From positions 4,942,831 to 5,006,830 of the forward strand of contig CM082578.2 of NCBI GenBank assembly GCA_040954595.2: a stretch of DNA of 64,000 nucleotides, in the 5' to 3' direction. The position numbers and the translations under genes are program-made. The stretch is from Balanoglossus misakiensis (lineage: Eukaryota; Animalia; Hemichordata). The notes beneath the pieces were generated by a model. That model was not told where the DNA came from. It saw only the letters and a program-made list of their open reading frames with translations, and did not search any database. Each line of letters begins with the position of its first letter. The stretch's first letter is position 1. Shown in pieces: positions 23,649 through 37,936 of the stretch.

Positions 23649-24689
23649 TATCTTCGCTATCAAATGACGTCAGACGCGTTCAGGTGGCAGTTACGTTCGC
23701 GTTCAGATTTCCAGATGACGGGCAACTTCAGCAACGTGGACTTACGTGGTGCAGACAAAGACTGTGCAGACGAAATGCAATGAGGCTGGTGAGGCAACAT
23801 ACCCGATACATGTTACGTGTCTGGCGGTTGTAAAGTAAAAACACACTCGGAAAAACTTTTACTGGATGCTGAAATATTGCTTGCCCGTCACCTGGAAATG
23901 ACAGCGCCATGGGACACATCGCCAGATCACGTGATTGATAGTAAAGAATAGGTTTTTTACTGTGTGCTGCATGGAAACTTCTTCGCACGTTCTCCATATT
24001 AATGAATAAAACATATCATTGCACTTTTACATATAAACAAATGCACTACGTCTGCGTCCTGTGGTCAAGACTTGCTCCATGATAATTTCCTCATTTCTAT
24101 TTCAAACTTAAGTATAAATTCATTGTATTGGTTAATATTTTGCATAAACGTAGTGAAAACTTCTCAGAAACCGTCACCGAAAATTGAACTTGGATGCCAT
24201 CGAACGTCATCAATTTAGAAACTATATTTTCTGTTTTCGCCAAACTGCGATACGACGAGTTTTTCGAAAATGGCGGAAATTTTTGACTGTTGTTAAATTT
24301 GTTAAATTTTATGCTCATTTTGACAGTAAAGTCTATTTTGTTAAGTGGCTAGAATCTAAAGATTATTCGTTATTTTAAGGTCAACAAACCGTTAAAGTTG
24401 CAGATCACAGATATTTACCGGTAATAGACATGCAAGCTTATATGCAAGGAGTTACACAGTGATTACACCCCGCCACTCCAACACAATCCAGCAACTTGGT
24501 GACCCATGAAATCGCAAGACCACTTGCTGACAACAGCGCCCTCTGTAAGGTGCTTGCAGCACATATTTCTGTCTGTACCTTTGCAGGCTTGCTAATCCAA
24601 TTAAGTACTGTCCCACTTCAATGCTACGTCAATATTGAACGGCCCTTTGTTTTATACATTCTCATGGTTCAGCTTCCGCGGACTCGTTG

Positions 24690-26220
24690 ATGTTTGTTTT
24701 GAAGATACGATATAGGGAGTCGGTGACGCAATCAGGAGTCTACCATCTGATAAAGCCGCTGGCGCCGATGACCTATCGTGTGAACACTATAAATTTGCTA
24801 GCAACAGACTCCATGTGTTCTTAGCCATGGCTATTTCTGCGTTTTAGATTCATGGTTATCTTCCAGAGGATTTTATGAAAACAATCATTGTTCCTCTTGT
24901 GAAAGATAAAACAGGTGATGTAACCAGCAAGAACAACTATAGACCCATTGCAATCTCAACGTCTTCCTCTAAAATTTTGGAAATTGTTATTCTTAACCGT
25001 ACCGTTGTGAACATTACCTACACACAGAAGACTTTCAATTCGGGTTCAAACAGGGGCACTCCACTGATCTTTGTATTTACATTTTAAAAGAAGTCCTTAA
25101 TTACTATAAGTGTTATAACAGTCCGATTTTTGCATGTTTCCTTGACGCGTCAAAAGCCTTTGATCGTGTGAACCATTGGACCCTCTTCAAAAAGCTCATT
25201 GAAAGGGGAGTTCCTCGTTATGTTTTACGCATCCTGCTTGTCTGGTACCGGACACAGGAATTGTTTGTGCAATGGGGCGGAATGAGGTCCACAGTGTTCA
25301 ATGTCAAGAACGGAGTCCGTCAAGGTAGCATTCTATCTCCTCTTCTGTTCAATGTTTACATGGATGAGCTAAGCATTCGTCTTAATTCGTCAAAAAATGG
25401 CTGTAATATAAGTGGTCAAATGTTTAATCATCTCATGTATGCAGATGATTTGTCACTTCTGCAGTGCCTGTCGATAAAAGGTTTACGTCATTTAGTTTCA
25501 ATTTGTGAGAGTTACGGAATCGAACATGACATTGTCCATCACAAAACAAAACAAAATCGAAGTGTATGTATTTTATACCAAACAAGAGTTCACTCAAAAT
25601 GGAGAATCTGCCTCTGGTGAAAATTGGCACCATCCAACTGCAAGTTGTGCATCTGTATACGTATTTGGGTTATGTTGTAACTGACAACTCATTTGATGAC
25701 CTTGCAATTATGCAACAAACCAGGTGTTTTTATGCTCGCGCAAATAACCAGATTTGTTAATTTTCATATTGCTCTGCTCATGTCAAACTTGTCCTTTTTA
25801 GGAGTTTTTGCACCAACATGTATTGTCTGAGTTTGTGGTCTACGTACACTAAGAAAAAAATGAATTCGCTTCGGGTGGCATATAACAACTCTCTCCGAAT
25901 AATTATGGGTTATGCTCGCGATTGTAGTGCGAGTGCTATGTTTGTCTGCAACAGAATACCAACTTTTGAAGCCCTTAGACGGAAAGCTATGTTTAATTTC
26001 TATGAACGTGTTAATAATAGCACCAATGTTCTGGTCTCGACGGTTTTTAGGTCGGATGCTCTATCCTACTCAAAAACTTATAAAATGTACAGACAACTGA
26101 TGTATTTTTAACCGTTTTTTAGTATTTATTATTTTTTTAGGTGGTGTTTTCTTTTTTATATATCTGTCAAGTCTATGGGAATTTTTTTTTATATCCTGAA
26201 ATAAAGAAATATTATTATTA
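24690..26220 (+). mobile_element. 5'-truncated, decayed non-LTR retrotransposon (RT domain; RTE-X-like)
   Basis: Frameshifted RT pieces: IVPLVKDK..NYRPIA, FLDASKAFDRVNH, GVRQGSILSPLLFNVYMD, YADDL, YLG, and C-terminal YCLSLW. It ends in AATAAA plus an (ATT)n tail. The clade assignment is tentative. Confidence 0.88.
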
Positions 26221-27913
26221 AAGCGCCTCCTAGCGACTATTCATAGCCACTTTTGTTTTTAGCTACGAAAATTACCTCTAGCAAAAATGTGAGTGAATGA
26301 TGTCTTACGCAATAGGATGGATTTACTGTGGGTTGTCAACTAATTGTGACAGGAATTTAAAACCACTGTTTGATTCCCTATTCTGCCGTTATGTAAAAAA
26401 TAATAAAACTAACTTATGAAATTATGCAAAGATGGTCATGTGTATATACAGAAGCAGACATCACCAGCTGGATTGTTCACTCTGTCCGTTGCGGGCGCTT
26501 CGTGTTCCCCGCCCAGACCTGGCAAAGTGACTGTGGTGCGATAAAAACAGAACTCCGATGATCCAAATGTTTAGTCTTGTCACCAGCCAACACTGACGTC
26601 TGACAGTGTGGGGGAATCAGATAATTGTGCGATCACAAGTAAACCGTTATCGGCTAGTATACGTACGTCGAACGTTCTCTGTACGCGTTCATCGGAAGGC
26701 TTATGATTCAAATGTATTTACCAGTACACTAAAAATAGAGATGATTTATCACAGGCGGTTCACTGAGGTACAACAACCTATGGTCAGAACCTCGTTTTAT
26801 CCAATCTTGTGAAAATATGTCAAGTGCTTATAAATTTGCTATGTTTACTATGTGCGAACACGCATGTTATCTCAAAACTCTCCTTATCTACTGCATTTGA
26901 AAAAAACGCCCACCTGTTGGATGTCATAAATGTCTGTTTTTTCTCAAAGGCGAGATCTACTGTGTACTTCATTTTATAATTAAATCGTTTATATCCATCA
27001 TTGTAAAATTACATTTCACTTTAAACACTGGTTACTGTTTGTTTCGGTTTGCCATAAAAGTTAAAGAAATATCGACAAAATTGTATAGGTTTGCCAATTA
27101 AACGAAATTCCTTGGCAATGCGCAAACAGGCTGGCAAAGTGCCACTATTGTTTCTTGATTTTGATATATGCGGCGACGCCACCTGACGTTTTATGGTGAG
27201 CACATGATCAACTGTCAATGTATGCAGTAAACTTCTATGGGCTTAATCATGTCATAATAAATTAAATAAATTTCAGCCAAATTTTGTCCCGAGTTTCTAC
27301 AGTGTGTGTTTATTGAACGCGTAATTCACGGGATCGCGTAGACCTGTGAATTAGTTAAGAATCTTTCAAAAGACAAAAAAAAACCTCCAAGCGACCAGTA
27401 CCGGTGCGCTAACTTATATCTGCAGGACATTCAATAAAAAAGCCTCTGGTCATAATGTGGGTTGATCCACAGCCCCCCCCCCCCCCCCCCTTCAAGAGCT
27501 CGTTTCGTGGTAAATAGAGCCGTTTGGTTTGATTTGATTTGATTTGATTTTAGAGAACTAGACAGAACAAAGATCAAGTTTAGAGGTGGTTGGTTATTGT
27601 CGATTAGCCGGTAGAAGTCAACTTTCGTATCATTGTGAATCGCAACACGATGTATGTGAGTGACAAACATGTCTGCAGAACTTCGGATCAAATGAGGGAG
27701 GCTGCGTGCTTGACGGTATATCCTTTCAGAGACTGGATGTTATTGAGATGAAACCAGTAAACGATGTACAAACTATACTTGTTCCCACCTGTTAAAGGTG
27801 GTGCAAATATTTTTGGCACACTGTATACTAGAGACCCCAGGGTTAATATATAAACCGGAACTAAAATTCTGATCGCCCGAGACGCTACCATATAAGGCTT
27901 TAATTCTCTGTTA

Positions 27914-29131
27914 CTTTAACCAAGTGCCACATGCTTCTGGCAGAATGCCACCAATAAATTCCTTCTCATCAGCGAAGGGGATGGGGGCGTTTACTGTTGT
28001 TTTAAGCTGTGAGCAGCGGCCGACGCCACAAGGGCCGCCATATTGGATTTAGTGGTTTAAAATGAATCCAAGCGTCTCGACGGTCCGATTTGGTATAAAA
28101 GCAACATATTCCTGCCACAGTATCCGTCGTAAACAAGAATCAAATCCCTTTCCAATCTACCTAGGGAATCATGTTTTTTTTAGCTAATATTATCTCAAAA
28201 GGACGTTTTTGAATTGTCCATGTTTCTCTGGAAAAGACCCTTTCAGTATACATGCATTGGGTAATCTAGGCCTATTCCAGATTTTCGTCGCAACAAACTT
28301 AATTGAAGACTGTCCGAAGTTGCTACTGTATTTCGGTTTACAAAGATCTTTTTTGCCAATTTCTGTCTAGTTTTGTGACGATGGCTTACATAGGACAAAC
28401 AACGTATCATGACGTGCGCTTTTTAACAAGTGGGTGTGTGTGTGTGTCACATTTATTACACTTCTTTAGATTTCGTCACTTCCGGGTCTTTCTGCACTTT
28501 AACCAAGTGTCAATTCTTCTGGCAGAATGCCACCATTGTTAAATCCAACCCTTCTCATCAGTGAAGGGAGCTACGTGTGCGTTTGCGGTTTTTGGAGTGT
28601 TATGAACAGTGGTCGACGAATACCCGGGACGCCATATTGGATTTAATGGTTTACTAGTACATTGTAAATCCAAGCGTCGCGACGGTTCGCTATTTTGTAA
28701 TATAAAAAATGCATTTCTGCGACAATATTTGTAGAAGCAAATAAAAAATTGCCTCAAACCCTCAAACATGAAGTAAACTCTTTTCCATTCTACGTAGGGA
28801 ATCATGTATTATCTCAAGGCGACGTTTGAATTTTGTATTATCGACGTATCTCTTTCAGCACCGGGGTAACTTTTCCAAAGTTTCGGCCGAACAAACTTAA
28901 TTGAAGTTACTACTATATTTCGGTTTACAAATAGTCTTCATAAATGTTTATATCTAGTTTTATGACGATGCCTGGCATAGGAGAAATACATGTATAATGA
29001 AAGCTTGTCGGGAGCATATAATGTAGTGCATCGTCTACAAAGACACCTAGCTGGGTGTGTGTACGTTAAATTTGTTAGAAATTATTAAACGGACATTTTT
29101 TTTCATTTCATCACTTCCGGATCTTTCTGCA
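27914..29131. repeat. Diverged tandem duplication, ~580-630-bp unit x2
   Basis: TTTAACCAAGTG..TTCTGGCAGAATGCCACCA at 27916 and 28498. The blocks CGCCATATTGGATTTA, AACAAACTTAATTGAAG and TCACTTCCGG..CTTTCTGCA recur in both units. Confidence 0.7.
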
Positions 29132-32100
29132 TAAAGCTCAGGAAGTTGAAGCATATATAAAACTGGGAAGGGAGGATAAGGCAGTTTTTAATTCCGGAAA
29201 ATGTGTAATTATCATACAATAATCATTCTGGTGGACGTTAATAAAACTACAAATGTATATATGTAGTTGTAATTTGCAGACGGTCAAGTTAGTTAATATA
29301 AAATCACACATTTTGTGAATTTTCGCACGGCCTCGCCACCCCCCCCCCCTCCCACCCTAAGAACACCCCTATCAAGGTAGTATAGCACCCAAAATGCATG
29401 TGACCAGATTTTGTGTTCATATCGCTTTAGTCGCTCAACGTTGACGGACCGAGGTCGCGTTGTCTACGTGCACATGGTAGCGAAAAGACCGACGGAAGAA
29501 GTACAGCAGAGTTATATAGGTGAGTGAAACCGACTAATATATTTCAGTTGTATCTGTATGCCGCAGTAAATCCACTAAATGTTTGTAACATTGCGGTAGA
29601 CTGTTCCCGTTATTTTCTTCCGTTTTGGCGTGACGCTGTGACGGGAAGGGGCGGTTATAACGCACAGTCGCTTGTTTAACATTGTAGGCTCAGGTCTGGT
29701 CGCGCTATGTGCTCAAACGCGCTATAGGTTTTCGCTACATAATATTCCAAAATCACATGAAAAAAAGATATTTTGGCGCAGGAATGAAATTCGACGTGAA
29801 AAGGTAACGATGAATGGCTACCCAGTTTGTAAAACAAATCGAACCCCGGTAGAGTTGCATTTCTAGAAGCGTTTTTGGATTGTACAATGTATGTAGGTAT
29901 ATGGCGTACGCGCGCGCATTTCCCGACTTGCAGCCCACAAGTACAAGCGACTGTGGGTATATAAAATTTAACCGCGGAAAACTAGCGTTCATGTAGTAGG
30001 TGTTGTACTGAAGGCAAAATATCCTATTTCTATTTGACATTTTCACTTTTGAAGTAGTTAAAAACTTATTCTATAGACTACCAAAGCGAAGTACCAGCTC
30101 TCTATCCGCGATATGAGTTGAGGATCGAGTAGACAGTTTCTGGAGGGATATAACCGTTGGGGTTGAGCATACATGTGACTGTACATGTAATATATAGTGT
30201 TACTGTTGTGTACATTGTACATGTAAATGCAAGATCACAAAAATACTGTCTTCATTTGATACGAAATACACGTTAGCTAAATCACCCGATTTGGTCAACG
30301 CTGTCAGATGAATTTCTTAGTTTACTGTACAACGAAGCGTCAGGGGTGTCAGGCTCTTTGTAGGTTCCACAAACAAACTCTGTAATATAATATATTTTTT
30401 AGCTATAAAATTGCAGCTGAAATATCGTCATCTTTTCACTAAGTCGATTCAATGGGTTTAGTTGAGCGCCAACGAGAGTGTGTTTTGATAAATGTATTTC
30501 AAAAGAGAGCTTCCAACAGACTGTGCAGGCCGACCTCACCAGCAGCGCACGCTTTTGGAAATGTTTGATCTGAGAGTAGTGTCAGCCAGTTTTATACGGG
30601 CACGTGATGCGGTGTCAACTTTTTTTTTTTTTACCTTCCAGATCCGGTTTTGTTTTAATTACCATACACCATGTGGTCTCACAGTTCAAAGGTTGACTAT
30701 ACACCATGCGGTTCAAGGAGACGATTACAGAGTTCGAACCAACGTTCAAAGGTTGCCTGGTGCCATCGTTCCAAACGAGGTCTTCTAACCACCCACGCCA
30801 CATGGCTTTGTACAACTGCTGTACGTTGATAATTATATTTAGTGTGTTGTACCTATGAATGATTAAAATCCGTCTGTTTTTCCAATGATTTTGAAAAGAA
30901 TCTCGGGAACTTTTATTTTAGTATAGGTTTCATAGATATACAAAACATTATTCGTATTCAGTCTTTTCATTTACACGATCACATTTGACATTATCATTTT
31001 GAAAGCATGTTACTTCTAATCACCGACTTTGTTTGAATACGGCGGGGTGACACAACTCACGGGACGACCGTAGTGTGATTGAATTATTTCATTCAGCGGG
31101 CTTCGTGTACATGGACGGGACGCCATTACAATTAAGTAAACCCCTGCTTAACGCAACAGAGGGCGCTAGACCTCAAACACATAGACCCTTCCTCAAGCCT
31201 GATACATGTGACATGTTATTTTATCGACGCATCACATTTATTAAATTTCTTATCGGCGGGAAAGACACAGTCCCCGGAATAGAAGACTGTCCACTGTATA
31301 TTTAATAACAAGGCTATTCTTTGTTTGGTTTCTTTTATTTCTGTTGATGGGACAATTTCGATCAGGTGTAGATTCAACCAATTTTCTTGACGGTCTAATT
31401 AAGAGTATTAGTTTATGTGCTTGACATTGACTATATAGATGCTGTCCACTGTCTATATCAGACGATAACATTGGCAAAAGTTCGATATCACGAGGTGAGA
31501 ATTAAAATACGTGGGTAGTTTTCCATGGCTGCAATGATCTCTAATCAAACGAAGTTTATTCTGTCAGACAGTGTGACTTCACTTCGGACGCGGGAAGGAG
31601 ACTGTGTTGGCCGACCTTAAAAGTATACGGTCACATATACAAATTTACCTACGGTTACCATGGCAAAATGATAATTAGCCAATCAGCGATTTTCAGTGGG
31701 TGGCACTCGCGACAAAAGAGCCCCACCAAGACTTTCCACGTGCTTCGGGTGCAGATGTAATTTTTCCTTTGATAAACTTTGCTTTTAAAGGTGCGACATA
31801 CAAAGAAAAATTACATACTTTAAGAAAGGATAAATTATAATGTTAGAGGTTTAAGTATTCGAAAAGTGACAGAACAAGTTAATTTCAGAAAGCGCGTTTT
31901 TGTACTACTAATCCGCGTTCCCTTTGAACACATCGCATTGGAGACTACTAGCCGCGGCAGTAAAACGAGCTACATGTATTGGCCGCTAGCGCTAGGCTAC
32001 TATGCCGACCTTTAATATCGTCTGTGGCAAAGTACACTAAACTATTAGTGGTGAATATACATGTATCATGCGTGAGTATAGGATTTAGACGGTGTAACTT

Positions 32101-32657
32101 GGAACTGTTCCAAAATCGCGTGGGCGACTGAGTTGCCAAAATCATTTGCATAATCTTGATAACCAAGAAATGTAGGTCTCAATTTATGTTGGTGACTGAA
32201 CAGTGGGAAATTTTCACATGCAGTCACAGCTATTTTATTTAAAGTAGTCGAAGATACTGGACAATTGGTTCATGTCGAGTAAAATGCCCGGCAATAAAAG
32301 CGTGTATTTCTTGAAAAGTCCACCTTAATATGCTTTGATAGACATATAAACAAGTATGTTGCAGGGTATGTCAAGGTACGGTCATACCACAGTTAAACAA
32401 AGAAACGTACGTAATGCCAACATCTCCAGCACCCAGGTATGTGTTAGACAGCCGAAATCACACGACTACGTTGTGAACGGGTACTTTATCACTTTAAGAC
32501 ACTTTAGTTTTCAATTGTATGCAAAAAGGAAATATTTTTGTCCGTCTCCTAGCTCCGCCCTTTAACGGTTACATTGATATAAATGTAACACCGTTGAAGA
32601 AGAACGAACCAGGACGTGGTCAGCGTTGAGGGAGCCCTTTCGGATATGAATGTCTTC

Positions 32658-33392
32658 GGCCGAGTTCGATTGCGACCCGAGTAGCTACCCGAGTCGCGCG
32701 CGTTGCAATCGAACGACTCCGAGTTGCTACGCTGATGACGCAAATTACGTCATATGACCTTTGAACTTAACCCGGGCATGTCTAGTCTCGCGTCAGGAGC
32801 AGGGTTGCTGGGGTTGGAACTCGACAAAATGGCGACAGGGCAACCGTACGTAAACATAAGTATTAGGTTTTTTTTTGCTATTTTCGGGGTAAAACGCGGT
32901 AAACGATGCCATTGCACTAATTTTAAAGCAATTTTCATAATTTTTACAGTACAGGGTATACGTATTTCGGATATTTTTGAATAAAAGTCATATTGTTTAC
33001 GTGTGACGACAAAATCAGGCGACGATCGCTGGATCAGACTTTTTTTTATAGAGTATGTACGGTTTTGTGAAATTCCTTGATAACTTAGGCAATTTTTTTA
33101 ATCTTCGGAACGTATTTTCGGCGCAAAAAAAAAACAGCTCAGAGAGGCAATGATGGCAGTATTTATCCGAAGTTGCAAAACTGCCGCAGAATCTAAAGAT
33201 TCATCAAAATCCTCAAAAAATTACGCAAAACCAAGAAATCTTCGAACTCAGTCGCCATGTTTGTTTACGCGAGTTGCAAGTAGACGTCGTTCGTTTGAAC
33301 ACCGGGTTACGCTTCTGCGCATGCTAACTAGAATAGGATGACGTCAGCGCCAGCTACTCGGGTCGCTACTCGGGTCACAATCGAACTCGGCC
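32658..33392. mobile_element. PIF/Harbinger-like MITE
   Basis: TIRs GGCCGAGTTCGATTGCGACCCGAGTAGCTACCCGAGT / ACTCGGGTCGCTACTCGGGTCACAATCGAACTCGGCC; 3-bp TSD TTC (32655-57 and 33393-95). Confidence 0.75.
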
Positions 33393-33395
33393 TTC

Positions 33396-33596
33396 GTGGT
33401 TTAAGGGTCTGTTTCGGTCAGCGTTGAGGGAGCCCTTTCGGATATGAAATGTCTTCGTGGTTTAAGGGTCTGTTTCGGTTAGCGTTGAGGGAGCCCTTTC
33501 GGATATGAAATGTCTTCGTGGTTTCAGGGTCTGTTTCGGTCAGCGTTGAGGGAGCCCTATCGGACATTAAATGTCTCCGTGGTTTCAGGGTCTGTC
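33396..33596. repeat. 61-bp minisatellite (~3.3 units, plus a partial unit at 32618-32657)
   Basis: Unit GTGGTTTAAGGGTCTGTTTCGGTCAGCGTTGAGGGAGCCCTTTCGGATATGAAATGTCTTC starts at 33396, 33457, 33518 and 33579. Confidence 0.9.
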
Positions 33597-34205
33597 TACA
33601 CTGTGTGATGATTGGTTAAACCTATGTTGAATATGTATAGGTTCATGAATATGCGTATACAAGCATATAAATACAGAGAAAGTAGTACATCTGGTGACAT
33701 CTTAAAATACGGCGGGATGATACTACAAGCTCCCACCCGCCCCACCCATCTCACAACTCGTTCGGCAGGACCTTGTCATGACGAGCGCATGCGCTGATTT
33801 GGCATTTTTGACATAACTACAACACAACATAGGACTCCGACCATTCCAATACTAAATAACTTAAACTATCATTACGCAGTGTAGACAGGGAACTGTTTCT
33901 AAAGCTACTTAAACGGATATTTCAATCGACAAAGCAGTTGTCATATTACGCAAATACAGTGACATACTTCGTACATTGGTCTGGCGATTATTTTCTGATA
34001 TGTTGAAAATTAAATTGCATTGATTTGACCGTATTACCGAAAATTAGTGGCAGTCATTCATCCAGAGTCTGGTACTTGAAACATGATAAATAATTGAATA
34101 TAAACAATACAACATGCTGTTTTTATTAAAATTTTAACAAACGATTTCAATGTGAGCTGTATAATCAATTAAAGATTACTGACATTTACTGGTAAGGTCC
34201 ATTCA

Positions 34206-34553
34206 AAAGGGGAAAGTCGCTCAATTTCGACATTACTTTGGTTATTTTGTTTCTTTTGATGGGTGTATGTGATTCTTCTCACTGAACATGCTCAGATGTT
34301 ACAACTCAAATCAACCTACATCATGGTAACACCATTAAAGAATACATCTGCAATATAGGTCCCCAAATCGTGGGTACTGACCAAATATTAAATGGTGGCG
34401 GAACAATTAACATACATGTACATGAATGTGTTATTATCATGAATTGGTTATCAATGACACCAGGTCATTGAGCAAGTTTCATTAGTAAAACGACATAAAC
34501 AGCTAATTAAAACGAAAATAAAGTATTTCGAAATTTAGCGACTTTGTTCCTTT
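34206..34553. mobile_element. Decayed MITE (Kolobok-like)
   Basis: AAAGGGGAAAGTCGCTCAATTTCGACATTACTTT and AAAGTATTTCGAAATTTAGCGACTTTGTTCCTTT form an imperfect inverted pair. Confidence 0.55.
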
Positions 34554-35456
34554 ACTATACTGTTTTCATAAAGGGTGTCTGTACATCGGTTTCAATGTAG
34601 CGAAATCTCTGTCAGACTTGTAGTACATTATGGAGTGTTACTCATTTGCATGCTTTATGTAAACTATTGGACATTTGTTAGCTTTTTCAGGTAATTTAAA
34701 GTGCTGTATTTTTACTATTTATACAAAAATGTGTTTAATTTGATACCAAACTTGACAATCCTGTGTAAAGAACAATGTTTACAGAAGTGTCAGTTTCTCA
34801 ATGTGGTCTACACAGGACTTGCTACACGAGTAAGCCTCTCCAGATTTTCAACATCCTCTCTGTGGTTCTCTCTTCCTTACCACGTAGTAAATATGTGTTA
34901 CTTCATTCCGGGCGGCTCAAATCACATGATGATCATGATTGCATTGTGGGTAAGAAGTCGACATCTCACTGTAGTAAGATTTTGAAGAAATAATATGTAA
35001 ATTGTAATTCATTACTTCCTTAGGCCAAAATGTCTTTTAGTCAGAATGCTCTCGAACTTATTCAATTATTTCAAATTATATAATTTTTTCTACTAAAAGA
35101 TTTCAGTATGACCCAAGATTACTTTACTTTAGCCTATGAACTTCAATTTGATAAATGTGGCAAAAAATGACATCTTGTAATTGTGTCGGCCATATGAGAT
35201 TTTAATCTCTCACCTACATGTAGGTAGTTAACACGTAATTAAGGTAGAGAGAACTAATAAACCTTGAGACCATATACATGTATATTTTGTACCGCAAATT
35301 GCAGATAGACTGAAGAAAACAGTGGTGGAAATCCCTGAATTGTTCGGTGTACCTGGTGGGATCTGATATTTCGAATATATACCTTCCGGAATAACTTTTA
35401 AATTCGTCTGTCTAATGAATGAAGAATACAAACCAAAATGTAGTATTATGAAGAAT

Positions 35457-35755
35457 GGTCTTGCAGCCTACCTCCAGGCTAGGAAAGCTCACTATTCTCT
35501 GGCGGCGATGGTTAGCATTTCGGTTAGCGTTAGCGTTCGCGTAGGTTACTGTTTACCGAAACTTGGCTTAATTCACAAAACTATATCACATTGGTCATTT
35601 TAAATACAGTCCTAACCCTAATCTAACCCTAACCCTTACCCCAATGCTAACCTTCGCCATCATCCTCGTCAGGAGCAGCCGTGTTCTGTTAGGAGTGTTC
35701 CCTAATCATGCTAATAGGAGGTATAGTTCCCTGACAGGAGGATTGCTGCAAGGCC
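35457..35755. mobile_element. MITE with internal inverted GGTTAG/CTAACC-like arrays
   Basis: TIRs GGTCTTGCAGC..CCTCC / GGAGG..GCTGCAAGGCC. Internal (GGTTAG)-like run at ~35509-35550 and (CCTAAC)-like run at ~35611-35653. Confidence 0.55.
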
Positions 35756-36891
35756 TATCTGATATTTTAAGATCTCCACACAGGTACATTTGTAGTTTTA
35801 TTATCAATCAATCATAAAGTGGCCAATATCAATTCGATGACCCGTGTTTAAAAATTATGATATATCCTGTGTAAATTTGGAGTCATAGTTATACTTCAAA
35901 TAAGGATAATATGAAATTTGAATGTATATTTTTGAATTCTTGTAATATGATAAAGTATTCCGCCACGATTTCGCGGACTGTGATACGTGATCTAAACACG
36001 CGCACCAAACGTTTTCCGCGACTGCCACCTAGAGCACACGTACATGAAAATTGTGAAGACATTTTCGGTCATGATCAGACAAAGATTGTACTGGTAAGTC
36101 TCTCAAAATGAATACACTGAAATGAAATATTTGCCACCATGTTTTATATTATAAAAGACATGCTTGTAACAGATATAAAACGACAAGACACAAATCTGCA
36201 GTAAACCTAATGAAAATGTTCATGCCTCTTAGATATCATTGCAATAATGATCATTGACTGATCATTTGCCTGACAACATGTAGAACTGACACTCTAACTC
36301 TGTTGGATGTTTATATTTTTCAGGCTCTCTCTCTCTCTTCTGAGATTTTATTTTTATTATTATTTACTATTTGTTTATATTTTGTTTAGTTCGTTTGCTT
36401 TATGTTTTTATTATCCATTTTACTTTTTTATTTTTAAAAAAAGATTGACACTTTCGGGTCACAATGCGCGCTGCCCCCTATAGCGTAGAAGTTATTTATT
36501 CTCGTGTAGAAACATTTAAAAAAAATCACAACAGAACATTGAGTATATCGTGTATTCAACTCTACAAGTAAGTATACTTTCTGAATATAGTTTGTAAATT
36601 TCTGCAGTAAGTATAATTTCAGTATTTCTGTCATAAGAAAATTTAGATACTGATCGTTTTTGTATTAAAACAAAGAACTTCAAAGTGTCAAACCTTACAG
36701 ACTTTCAACATTCCATGCAAATATTCAAAACGTTAACAAAAAACCCGAAACTGAAATTCGACTCATGACTTAGACTGTCGACAGTTGTTTGTGCCGTTTT
36801 GGCTATTGTTTCGTGTACTATAACTGTGCAAGGTTGTTTCCATATAGCTGGCATGATTAATCATGTCAATTTCGCGTTAACTCTCTTTCTG

Positions 36892-37019
<128 letters not shown>

Positions 37020-37936
37020 GAACTTACATTTTGTACTTCTGTGTGCGTTTGTTTGGCTTCCAGTTGCAATTCTAATAAACTACCAACATTTCTATTAAGA
37101 TGGCTAAACGTAAGGGAAAATCGTATCGGACACATCGCTCATATCCTTATAATCTCAGGTGAGAATTTCTTTTTTGTCTAATTCAACAATCTCTCTTTCA
37201 GTTATAAACCTTTCAGAAAACGCTGACAGCTAGCTATGCAAATTTAGCCACAGGTAGAACGAAGTGGTGACATGGCCAACACGACAGATTTTCATCGGGT
37301 GGCAAGGCGGGAAAATGCGCCACCACGTGATCATTCGAACACTCCCTTTTAACGATGTGGGCATACGAGGTGATTGCAATCTTGCAGAGAAAACATCGAG
37401 ATAATCCGAGAAAGTTTTGAACATAATAAAATTATACCATGCTAACCACAGTCGCGTGGGGTTAAACTAAATAAATAAAAAATACTGTTAATTTTCGGAC
37501 GTTTTTTTGGGAACTTCGCTGTGGGAATATTAAAGCAACAAGCAATTCGATTTTGGTACAATTCGCTCCATATTGCACTCGCCTAACGGCTCGTGCTATA
37601 TGTCTCGAATTGTGCCCAAATCTCGTGTATCAACAATTGATTTTGTGGCATATCAGTATCATTTTCTTAACGAAACAGCGTCAGAAAAAGAAGTTACGAT
37701 CGTTAACCAATATGGCGACGATGAATGTAAACACGAGCGACCGGGATCGAGCATTAAACATGCCATTTTGCCATTTTGCAGTTGGTTATTATAACTTGCC
37801 GTCTTACTCTTATCAAATGCATTCTTTTCCAATATTATTCAGAAAAAGACCACGGAAAACGGAGCAACTTGATAGAGCGTCCAGCAATACGGCTAACCAC
37901 TCGAGGGATACCTCAAACCACGCTTCGCCGGTGAAC

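Noticed and set aside
33396-33596. CRISPR-like repeat array
   Set aside because: The units are contiguous 61-mers with no unique spacers, there are no cas genes, and the context is eukaryotic.
35611-35653. Interstitial telomeric repeat
   Set aside because: It is short, degenerate and mirrored by an inverted run within a TIR-bounded MITE.
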